Virus record (IMG/VR): IMGVR_UViG_3300047160_035177
Span: 209 to 64,208 of that record
Length of the DNA: 64,000 nucleotides
Strand: one strand, 5' to 3'
Origin: a virus
Taxonomy: Duplodnaviria > Caudoviricetes
This document shows positions 54,735 through 62,183 of the stretch, one piece after another. Each line of letters starts with the position of its first letter. Within the stretch, counting starts at the first letter, position 1. The position numbers and the translations under genes were made by a program. Below the pieces are notes generated by a model. The model had not been told where the DNA came from. It saw only the letters and a program-made list of their open reading frames with translations, and made no database searches.

Positions 54735-55498
54735 GGAGTCACGATCTGGCCGGAAGCCGTTGGTTTGCGGGGCGAGAGAAGACGATTCGAGATGCGAGAG
54801 GCGATTCCATCTTCGATGCGCACAGCCCATGTGCAGCGCTCGCCTACAAGGCGTTGCTCAGGACCGTGGCGGCCGCTTTGGCACCGGACGATTTCGCGCA
54901 CGGTGAGACGAGCGGCGCTGTCTAGACTCATGTGGAAAATGGGGTAGCAGAGACGGAAGGTAACTTCCTTCGCGTCGGCTTCGGGGTTCCCGGGCATCCA
55001 ACCCAGACGGCCTTCGACGATCACGGGCTTGGTGCGGTCGGCAACGTCGACTTGAGACGGAGCGCGCATGAGGCACTCAGGGCAAAGGCCTGTGACCATC
55101 GCGGGGCCGCCGGCGCTATTGGGAAGCCATTCCCACGTCATCGCGTACTGATCGCCAGGGGCGCGGGCGTAGATCACTTTGATGTACTTCGCGCCTTTGA
55201 TCTGCGGGGCTCCTTCGCCAAACGAACGGCCCAGCATTCGCTTGCTGTAGTAGCGCTCTAGATCGTGTCGCAGCTTGGTCGGGTCCTCTTTACCCTGCAC
55301 CATGTTGTCGACGCGCTTCTTGATTTGCTGAATAGCCTTGACGTGCTCTTCAGCGCCGGCAGCGAGCGTGTAAGTGACGTCCTTACCGTGGACGATTTGC
55401 TGGGATTCTAGGCGCCCAGATTCGGAAACCACACGCGTTGTGTGGTCCTGACCGGGACCGTGCCCATAGGGGTGAATCGGGCAGGGCTTGGTGTCCAC
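54731..55498 (-). CDS. Hypothetical Cys/His-containing protein
   Basis: TTGACC-N17-TAAATA-N6-GTG suggests start 55498 (track gives 55504). Confidence 0.65.
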   Translation of the reverse strand: MDTKPCPIHPYGHGPGQDHTTRVVSESGRLESQQIVHGKDVTYTLAAGAEEHVKAIQQIKKRVDNMVQGKEDPTKLRHDLERYYSKRMLGRSFGEGAPQIKGAKYIKVIYARAPGDQYAMTWEWLPNSAGGPAMVTGLCPECLMRAPSQVDVADRTKPVIVEGRLGWMPGNPEADAKEVTFRLCYPIFHMSLDSAARLTVREIVRCQSGRHGPEQRLVGERCTWAVRIEDGIASRISNRLLSPRKPTASGQIVTP

Positions 55499-55535
55499 CC
55501 TCACTATTTAGAGCACTGGACTTTACTGGTCAAGG

Positions 55536-55952
55536 CTAACGTCGGCGCCCAGCGGGCTGGATTAACTCATCGAGAGGGTTGATGTCTTCAGGAGCTGGCG
55601 GGCTCGGCGGCACCGCTTGCACGATGGGCGCAACGTGCGCGTCGACCATCTGTTCGATTCGTTGCTGTGGGTGGGCTCCTAGAAGAGCGCTCACCTCGCG
55701 CCCGTCTTTGAACAAGATCATTCGAGGCACGTTGCGCACGTTGTATCGGCGCCGTGCGTCGGGGTTTTTATCGACGTCGAGTTTTACGATCGTGAGGCGA
55801 CCAGCGTACTTCTGGGCGATGCGATCGAGCGTCGGTGCGAGGGCTCGACAGGGGCCGCACCACGTGGCCCAGAAATCAACGAGAACGGGGAGCGGGGCTG
55901 AAAGTACATCTTCGTCGAAAGTCGCGTCTGACGTCTCGTACGTGTCGCTCAT
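55536..55952 (-). CDS. trxA: Thioredoxin
   Basis: VDFWATWCGPCR; VP cis-Pro; FKDG. Confidence 0.92.
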   Translation of the reverse strand: MSDTYETSDATFDEDVLSAPLPVLVDFWATWCGPCRALAPTLDRIAQKYAGRLTIVKLDVDKNPDARRRYNVRNVPRMILFKDGREVSALLGAHPQQRIEQMVDAHVAPIVQAVPPSPPAPEDINPLDELIQPAGRRR

Positions 55953-56161
55953 CGACGGCCGCAGTTACAAGGCTTCTGCGCGCAGGTGATAACCTGGCCG
56001 TTCGGCGCCTGCGCTATCGCGTGCGTGTGCCCCGCAGACGGGTAAACGCGCCAACCCACGATCTGGTGGGAGTGCCCCGACTCAATGCTACTCGTGCCGT
56101 TGCCGGCAGCGTCGAGTTGGGCGCAGTGGGTGTGACCGGCGCTTGGAGTTAGCTGGATCAT
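55949..56161 (-). CDS. His-rich putative metal-binding peptide
   Basis: PSAGHTH twice, SGHSH, CNC. Confidence 0.65.
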   Translation of the reverse strand: MIQLTPSAGHTHCAQLDAAGNGTSSIESGHSHQIVGWRVYPSAGHTHAIAQAPNGQVITCAQKPCNCGRR

Positions 56162-56164
56162 GAT

Positions 56165-56335
56165 CTACTTCGCATGGCTGCCATCGCACCGCGGCTTCGT
56201 ACTGGACTTGCCGCACGAGCAGAGCGCGATTTTGTCGCTGGTGATCAGGTTCCCGTCCGCGTCGTAAACTGGGCAGCAATCGACGAGGTAGGGTCCACCC
56301 TTGGTAAGGTTCACTTTCGGCTCTTTGTTATTCAT
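56165..56335 (-). CDS. CDGSH iron-sulfur [2Fe-2S] domain protein (56 aa), missing from the ORF track
   Basis: Own translation MNNKEPKVNLTKGGPYLVDCCPVYDADGNLITSDKIALCSCGKSSTKPRCDGSHAK; exact CDGSH consensus; ATGA-coupled. Confidence 0.9.
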   Translation of the reverse strand: MNNKEPKVNLTKGGPYLVDCCPVYDADGNLITSDKIALCSCGKSSTKPRCDGSHAK

Positions 56336-56547
56336 GGTGTTCCCATTTTTATATCAGGGGCGAGGCCTGTCATCATGGCTAAAATCGCCCCGAGCGCGAA
56401 AGAGGCGACGCTTCGGCCCGGAAAAATTTTCGCGGTCGCCATCCCAATGGTCCCAGCCGTCACAATCTTCCCGGTCGGAGACGCAAGAAAAGCATCGACC
56501 CGGGTGATCCCGGTTTGTTCCTGACCAAGTGATCTAATCGCGAGCAT
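56332..56547 (-). CDS. Small membrane protein (MLAIRSLGQ...)
   Basis: N-terminus nearly identical to 1358..2578; two hydrophobic segments. Confidence 0.7.
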   Translation of the reverse strand: MLAIRSLGQEQTGITRVDAFLASPTGKIVTAGTIGMATAKIFPGRSVASFALGAILAMMTGLAPDIKMGTP

Positions 56548-56955
56548 TTAGTAGCTGGGCGTGAAAAGCTTGAACGGCTGCGCGGGCGCGCTCGCGGTCG
56601 AAATCGTCGGTTGCGGAGTAGCAGTCACAACCGGAGGAGTTACGATCGTAGGAGCTGCCGCGGGGCGTGGTGCCGTTCTAGTCGCATGCGCGATCACAGT
56701 CTGATCGGCAATGATCTCGTACGGATAAGGCGTGTAGCTACCTGGGCAGCGACCCGAGATCGCAGCTTCGGTATCCACACCAACGTGCTTGCGCACGCGC
56801 CGGTGCTGCGAGGTGAGGCGTACCGGAGTGCCACCACCGCCAGCGAACGGTACAACCTGCGGCGCCACCCAGTTCGGAGCGTTGGCACCGCAAGTCCACT
56901 GGATCGGAGCGAACTGGGAGGGAAGCGCGCCGTAGCAATCCCTTGAAAAAACCAT
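56548..56955 (-). CDS. Putative virion protein with Pro/Thr-rich tail
   Basis: Intact ORF in structural operon. Confidence 0.6.
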   Translation of the reverse strand: MVFSRDCYGALPSQFAPIQWTCGANAPNWVAPQVVPFAGGGGTPVRLTSQHRRVRKHVGVDTEAAISGRCPGSYTPYPYEIIADQTVIAHATRTAPRPAAAPTIVTPPVVTATPQPTISTASAPAQPFKLFTPSY

Positions 56956-57051
56956 GGAGTTGAGCGTACCTCGATCGCGTCCCGGGGTCTACCAGGAGCC
57001 TGCTTGTATAACTGGTTTGACAGGCGGCCGCGCGCGCGCGAGGATCGGCGC

Positions 57052-57567
57052 ATGAAACACATAATTTTCGTTTTTCTGCTTCTCGGGTGCGATGGCGATC
57101 CGATCCTTGCTGGTGATGCTGGCGGCAGCGGAAGCGACGGCGGAGGCGGAGAGATCGATCCCAACCAGATCGGTCACGGTGACGCGGGCGTGCAGGCGGA
57201 AACAAATTCTGATGCAGTCGTGGATCCTGATGCGGTCCCGGATATTCTAGAAGCGCCTTCGGGTCCGTGTGATCCCTACAAGCAGACGGGATGCGGTCCT
57301 GGAGAGGCCTGCGACCGCACGTGCGATGGCTTCAAGTGCCGCAAGGCGGGCATCAACGGATCAGGCGGAATGTGTATGGTGATCGGAGATGGATACTGCG
57401 CCGCCGGGTTAACGTGCGTCAAAAGCGAACAGACCAACGGGAGTTATAAGTACTTCTGCGAGAAGTTGTGCGGCAGTGTCAACGACTGCGCTGGGCGCCC
57501 GTGCAACCCCGTGTGGTGCGATTGGAATCGCACGGGCTCTACCGTTACCGGAATTTGCGGTCTCTAG
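57052..57567 (+). CDS. Cys-rich lipoprotein of myxobacterial style
   Basis: Lipobox LLGC; DAG linkers; CDPYKQTGCGPGEAC; antisense to flanking operon. Confidence 0.75.
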   Translation: MKHIIFVFLLLGCDGDPILAGDAGGSGSDGGGGEIDPNQIGHGDAGVQAETNSDAVVDPDAVPDILEAPSGPCDPYKQTGCGPGEACDRTCDGFKCRKAGINGSGGMCMVIGDGYCAAGLTCVKSEQTNGSYKYFCEKLCGSVNDCAGRPCNPVWCDWNRTGSTVTGICGL

Positions 57568-58196
57568 AGACCACAGAGAATCGGGAACTGGCTCAAATTG
57601 AGCGGAAGCAGGTTGGAGCCGCCGCAGTCGACAACGGTGCGGCCGCTGACCCTGCGAATCGAAATTTGAAAATTCGAGATCGTCGCGCCGCAGCCGAGAA
57701 GCTCGAAGCCCGGCGTGCAACTGGTCACTTCCGCGTAGATGAAACCGGTGCAGGTGACGACAACATCGGTTCCAGGAGCGCTGCACTCAGTGATTTGGTA
57801 CGCGGTGGTCGTATCGTCGCAGCTGGGAAAGAACGCGGCGAGAACGAAGGAGCCCGTTGGAAGTGTAGCTTCCATCCGAACCTCGATCTCATAAGTGCCT
57901 GGAGCGAGATCGGGAACGCAGACGATACCGTCGAGAGGACCCGGATTGATGAATCCAGGCTCCGGCGAAAGCAGGTTAGTTGCTCCGCTGAAAGCGAACG
58001 GGCCGCCGGCCGAGAAGATGAAGTTATTCGCGCCCTGGGCTTCCTCAGTGCGGAAGTAGTTGCAGCACGCTGAGATGTCGCAGGGCGTGGTGGACGTCGC
58101 GCCCGCAAGCACGGCCGCGCAAGGCGCAGTGCCGATAGCCGGGTTGAGCACAAACTGCGGCTCATTGCTGGGGCATTCGCAATCGTTCGTGCTCAT
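57564..58196 (-). CDS. Cys-rich beta-sandwich protein (vertex/penton candidate)
   Basis: TYEIEVRMEA, VVVTCTGFIY, FQISIRR strands. Confidence 0.55.
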   Translation of the reverse strand: MSTNDCECPSNEPQFVLNPAIGTAPCAAVLAGATSTTPCDISACCNYFRTEEAQGANNFIFSAGGPFAFSGATNLLSPEPGFINPGPLDGIVCVPDLAPGTYEIEVRMEATLPTGSFVLAAFFPSCDDTTTAYQITECSAPGTDVVVTCTGFIYAEVTSCTPGFELLGCGATISNFQISIRRVSGRTVVDCGGSNLLPLNLSQFPILCGL

Positions 58197-58540
58197 CGTC
58201 GTGTGCTCCTACCTAGAAGGAACGCGATTACCGGTACGGATAGTATCATCAGCGCCGTGAGGCCCTGATTCTCCTTCACCCATGCGATCGTTTGCAGGGC
58301 AGGATTGATATCTGAAAGCTTGTGCTGCGTCGGTGTGGTCGTTCCGAAGGAAGGAAGCGACGCGAACGGAGGCGCGACGATGATTCGTCGCACTAGCTGG
58401 AAAGTCGCAGGCGCGCCGGGATCGTTGGTGCTCAGCGCCGTTCCCGCAGCGGTCAGGCCCGCATCGACAAGGGGATCGATGTAGCCCGGCTGCGTCGTCG
58501 GGGCGAACTGGCCAAGTTGGCGCGTCTGGATCGAGAGCAT
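58193..58540 (-). CDS. Tail-anchored membrane protein
   Basis: MLSIQTRQLGQ; C-terminal TM. Confidence 0.7.
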   Translation of the reverse strand: MLSIQTRQLGQFAPTTQPGYIDPLVDAGLTAAGTALSTNDPGAPATFQLVRRIIVAPPFASLPSFGTTTPTQHKLSDINPALQTIAWVKENQGLTALMILSVPVIAFLLGRSTRR

Positions 58541-58924
58541 TTAGCTTCGCTTTCGCTTTCGCTTCTGCTTGTTCACGGTCGCGGCCGCGATCGCCTTTGC
58601 GTCGGGAAGCGAGTAGCCCTGCGCTAGAGCGCTCTTCTTGATCGCCTCGTACTGACGGTTTTCTTTTTTCGTCGCGCCGGGAAGATGCTTGCCACCGGGA
58701 TTCGAACGGCGCTTGCGCTCGTGGGGCTTGCGCTCTTGCTTGATCGCTTTGTCGAATTCGCCGCCGTCTTTGGTCAGAAGATAGTAGCCACGGGGATCAC
58801 GGCAGATCTCCTCACCGCCACCAAGGCCAACGCACTGCCCGACTTTGGGCATCTTGTAGCCATCGACCTGCAGGACCGTCGCGACCTTGCGCGCCTCGGC
58901 CTTGGTGAGATTCCAGAGACTCAT
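58541..58924 (-). CDS. Basic putative DNA-binding protein
   Basis: RQYEAIKKS...AKAIAAATVNK resembles a ChaB-like/plasmid-stabilisation-annotated motif (recall); KRKRKRS end. Confidence 0.6.
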   Translation of the reverse strand: MSLWNLTKAEARKVATVLQVDGYKMPKVGQCVGLGGGEEICRDPRGYYLLTKDGGEFDKAIKQERKPHERKRRSNPGGKHLPGATKKENRQYEAIKKSALAQGYSLPDAKAIAAATVNKQKRKRKRS

Positions 58925-58931
58925 GCTTACC

Positions 58932-59147
58932 TTAGCGAGAGCTGATTAGAGCTGAGATCGCCCAGAGACCACCAAGAAGGAGCGCGATAGGAAGCCAAGC
59001 CGCGCCAGTAGCAGCCTGACCAAGTTCGCCACAACCACAGTTGCTTCCACCAGAGAGCGCGGGAGGCTGAGGTGATGCACCGGCGCTCTGCCAACCGAGG
59101 CCGTGGTTGACGAGGAGAGTGCCGTTCTGATCGTAAGCCATTCGCAT
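58932..59147 (-). CDS. Small tail-anchored membrane protein
   Basis: HGLGW, ELGQ; C-terminal TM. Confidence 0.7.
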   Translation of the reverse strand: MRMAYDQNGTLLVNHGLGWQSAGASPQPPALSGGSNCGCGELGQAATGAAWLPIALLLGGLWAISALISSR

Positions 59148-59158
59148 GGAGATCTCCC

Positions 59159-60028
59159 TTAACCGCCAGCTTGGTAGGACTTGTTGTCCAACGCTTCGGC
59201 GAGAAGTTGTTGGTTAACCATGTAACCGCGGACACGAACGCCAACGATGGTTGGGAATCCCGGAAACGGCGAGTGAAACACCTTGTAGCCAGCGCCAACG
59301 CTGTTCTTCATGACGTCGGTGTAGGGCGGATGCGAGAGAGCGGCAATCTCAGGCGCGTTGACGATTTCATCGCCGCTTGCGGTATCGCCTTGCGTGAGCG
59401 TCTGCTCACCAAGGGCATGCACGCCGTTGTCTGCCCGGAGGAAGAAAGCGACTTGGCCGACGAGAGAGAATGGATCTACTGCGATGAAGGCGCCGGGAAG
59501 ACCGGGGTTATTGAGCGCGGCGAAACTCGAAAAGCTCGTGACGATAAGAGACTGAGTATCGGGAACGCGGATGTCGCCGGGAAGCTTATCGCCGAGGTTC
59601 TGCGTTTCGTTGAGATCCAAGGGAATGGAATGCACACCAAGCGTGCGATCGAAGTTGACCCAGCCCGAGCGGATGATTGGAACGATGTCGGTGTTCCGAA
59701 GAACGTTGCTCGCGAGAAAATCGAAAACCTGTTGGGAACACGAGTAGGCGGCCGCGGTCAGGGGCGCTGCGCACCCCGCGAATTGCGCAACGACGCCTTC
59801 CTGACCGAGACCGTCGAGAGAGCTTAGCGAGATCGGCTGTAGCTCGCGAGCGAGCATCGATGCGGCGTTGGCGTCAACACCGATGCCCTTGGCGAATGGC
59901 GGAAGCTCGTGCTTCGCCCCAGAGAGTACGGGCGCTGGCGCGGGCAATCTTTTCTTCGGGGCACCGTTAGGCGCCCCGTCGCCTACCCGGAACTTGCGAT
60001 CCGGGGGCGAATCGGTGGGGCGGCCCAC
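59159..60028 (-). CDS. Capsid protein candidate (possible single jelly-roll after a propeptide)
   Basis: Disordered N-terminus ending DGLGQ; beta-rich remainder ending VGVRVRGYMV. Confidence 0.5.
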   Translation of the reverse strand: MGRPTDSPPDRKFRVGDGAPNGAPKKRLPAPAPVLSGAKHELPPFAKGIGVDANAASMLARELQPISLSSLDGLGQEGVVAQFAGCAAPLTAAAYSCSQQVFDFLASNVLRNTDIVPIIRSGWVNFDRTLGVHSIPLDLNETQNLGDKLPGDIRVPDTQSLIVTSFSSFAALNNPGLPGAFIAVDPFSLVGQVAFFLRADNGVHALGEQTLTQGDTASGDEIVNAPEIAALSHPPYTDVMKNSVGAGYKVFHSPFPGFPTIVGVRVRGYMVNQQLLAEALDNKSYQAGG

Positions 60029-60032
60029 GGGT

Positions 60033-61085
60033 TTACCCCACGTTCGGCGCGGTCATTGCTCCCGGGAGAGCCGGAATGCCGCAACCGCCAGCACCGCAAG
60101 TGATGAGCCGGAAGCCCGCGAAGACGAACGAGACGACCACATTGAATCGGCTAGGCCGCGTCAGCGTGAGCGCTACTTGGAGAATCTTCTGGCAGTCGAG
60201 GTAAGCCCCAACACCGATGCAGTCGGGAACCTCGTTGGTGATATCCCAGTTGACCTGGGGCGACCACAGATCGAGCGGGAACTGGGTGTTTTGCCAACCG
60301 CAGCCGTTGACGTTCACCTCGGTTACACCGGAGAGACACTCCGGGTGATCCAAGGTGAGCAAGGGAACGGTCGCTTGGAAGTTGCTGGTGCTGCCGCCGG
60401 GGCACTCCAGGCTCGCGCAAAGTGTGTTCTGCCCTGCGGAGAGAAGCTTGCAGTCCAAGACCGAAATCGGAATCGACATCCCACGGACGTCGAGGCCTGG
60501 GATGAGCTGCGATCCGAAGTCGATCGAGAAAGTAGCTTCCTCGTCGCTGCTCGTGAAGGAGTTGCTACCGCAATTCGGGTTGCACGAGGGGATATCGATC
60601 GCCGAGAACGGGAAGTTCTGGGCGCGGGTGTCCTTCGTATCGATGAAGGCGAAGGCCATAAGGTCGGTGATGAACACCGGGCCATCGGAGGTTGAGAGAA
60701 CCTCTCCAACAACGCGCTCGCCTTCGGTGTCGCGATCGTAGGGAATGTCGACCGTGAGGAACCACGGGAGCACGCGGCCCTGGATCACAGCCTGCGCAAC
60801 AGAGCCAAGCCCGGGCTCGCCAAGCGCCGAAACGCCCGACATGCCCATGGCCGAGTTGGGCCGCGAGCGGACGAGATCTTGAATCTGCGACTCACCGGAG
60901 ATGAGCCGCTGTTGCATGCCGGCAAGTTGCTCGGCCATGCGCTGCTCGAGGCTTCCAAGATTCCGACGCAGATCGTACCAGCGAACAAGCTGATCATCGC
61001 CGCCCTGCGCCTGGCCCATAGGGGTAAGCTGGGGGGGATTATAAGGGGGGAGCTGGCGAGAGTGAGGCGGGCGATTGATCGGCAT
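60033..61085 (-). CDS. Capsid protein candidate (possible single jelly-roll after a propeptide)
   Basis: AAGGAGG RBS; coiled coil then ALGEPGLGS; FLTVDI, FITDL, VSFVFAGFRL strands. Confidence 0.5.
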   Translation of the reverse strand: MPINRPPHSRQLPPYNPPQLTPMGQAQGGDDQLVRWYDLRRNLGSLEQRMAEQLAGMQQRLISGESQIQDLVRSRPNSAMGMSGVSALGEPGLGSVAQAVIQGRVLPWFLTVDIPYDRDTEGERVVGEVLSTSDGPVFITDLMAFAFIDTKDTRAQNFPFSAIDIPSCNPNCGSNSFTSSDEEATFSIDFGSQLIPGLDVRGMSIPISVLDCKLLSAGQNTLCASLECPGGSTSNFQATVPLLTLDHPECLSGVTEVNVNGCGWQNTQFPLDLWSPQVNWDITNEVPDCIGVGAYLDCQKILQVALTLTRPSRFNVVVSFVFAGFRLITCGAGGCGIPALPGAMTAPNVG

Positions 61086-61160
61086 CGAAGTCTCCTCCTT
61101 GGAGGGCATCCCTTTCGGGCCTCTGAGCTTATATGCGGGCTCAGGATCCGCAAAACTGAA

Positions 61161-61250
61161 CGCGGCGCCGGAAGAACTACCTCACCGGCAGGGACCGGCG
61201 CCGCGGAATATAAATCGGGGCTACGTTAGCCGGCTACTAGCCCCAATTTA
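61161..61250. terminator. Two inverted repeats downstream of the major capsid candidate
   Basis: CGCGGCGCCGG (61161-71)/CCGGCGCCGCG (61195-205); TAAAT-GGGGCTA/TAGCCCC-ATTTA (61211-50). Confidence 0.55.
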
Positions 61251-61256
61251 GTGGAG

Positions 61257-62057
61257 CTAGCAGAGGGTAACGCAGGCGAGACCGTCGATCGCGAACGAAA
61301 CCAGCTCGATGATCCCGTGGATATCGCCGAGCTTGGAATCAGGGCAGTTGCCGGCGGTCGTGCAAAGCGCGTCGCCACCCACGATCGCCGCGGCGTCGAG
61401 AGCATTGAAGCAGTTGTTGTCCGCGTCGGTGATCTCGGCGAAGAACGTAAAACCGGTCACCGAAGAGGTGTTGCCGATCGCCAGCGGGTTGACGATCCGG
61501 AACTTCGGCTGATCCGGCAGGCCGTTCGTCACGTTGACGAACAATGGGCAGGTGCAGTTGATGTCGGGGGAGCCTGGGATCGACGACTCCTGCGCGCAGG
61601 TGGCCGAAGCCATCGTCGCGAAGGCGCCCCCGCCCTCCGGCAGCTGCGAGAAGGCCTCGCAGATCTCATCAACGCCCCGAACCTGCAGGGTGATGAAGCC
61701 GGTCTCGATGATGAGGCTGGCCAGGAAGAGAACGACCGCGCCGTCAAACGCATTGAACCCGAGAGCGAGATCGCCCGCGTGATTCGTGTGCGTCGGAGTC
61801 ACGCTGGTGATGAACACCGGCACCGACAGGAAGTCCGGCACGAACACGGTACCGTCGCTTCCACCGAAGAAGATTCCCCGGAAGAAGTCGGTGGAGCAGC
61901 CACCAACCCCGGTGGGGTTCTGGAAGAGCTGCGAGCGGGCATTCACGTCCGGGAAGCAGCAAAACGAGCCGCAAAGCCCGTTAAGAATGCTGTCCTGGAT
62001 GCGGATGTACTTGGTGTGGTTGAGGTTCGTGATCTGGGATGCGCAAACTGCTGGCAT
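61257..62057 (-). CDS. Major capsid protein candidate (single jelly-roll?)
   Basis: Strong TTGGAGG RBS before MPAVC; flanked by hairpins; beta-rich; LFQNPTG...THTN motif like non-tailed virus capsid proteins I recall. Confidence 0.5.
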   Translation of the reverse strand: MPAVCASQITNLNHTKYIRIQDSILNGLCGSFCCFPDVNARSQLFQNPTGVGGCSTDFFRGIFFGGSDGTVFVPDFLSVPVFITSVTPTHTNHAGDLALGFNAFDGAVVLFLASLIIETGFITLQVRGVDEICEAFSQLPEGGGAFATMASATCAQESSIPGSPDINCTCPLFVNVTNGLPDQPKFRIVNPLAIGNTSSVTGFTFFAEITDADNNCFNALDAAAIVGGDALCTTAGNCPDSKLGDIHGIIELVSFAIDGLACVTLC

Positions 62058-62129
62058 TGTTCTAACCTCCAACGAAGCGCGGCTTTTGACCGCTGGGTCC
62101 GTTAAAGTAAAACCCCTTCACTTTTGAAA

Positions 62130-62171
62130 CAGGCGCCGGGGTGTTAAAGGGGCAATAACCCCCGGCGCCTG
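62130..62171 (-). terminator. Hairpin between core protein and capsid genes
   Basis: CAGGCGCCGGGG/CCCCGGCGCCTG 12-bp stem followed by TTT on the minus strand. Confidence 0.6.
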
Positions 62172-62183
62172 ATCAAGAGTCAG

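Noticed and set aside
56174-56524. 116-aa plus-strand ORF
   Set aside because: Antisense to the CDGSH gene and the SLGQ membrane gene, which are coupled and motif-supported
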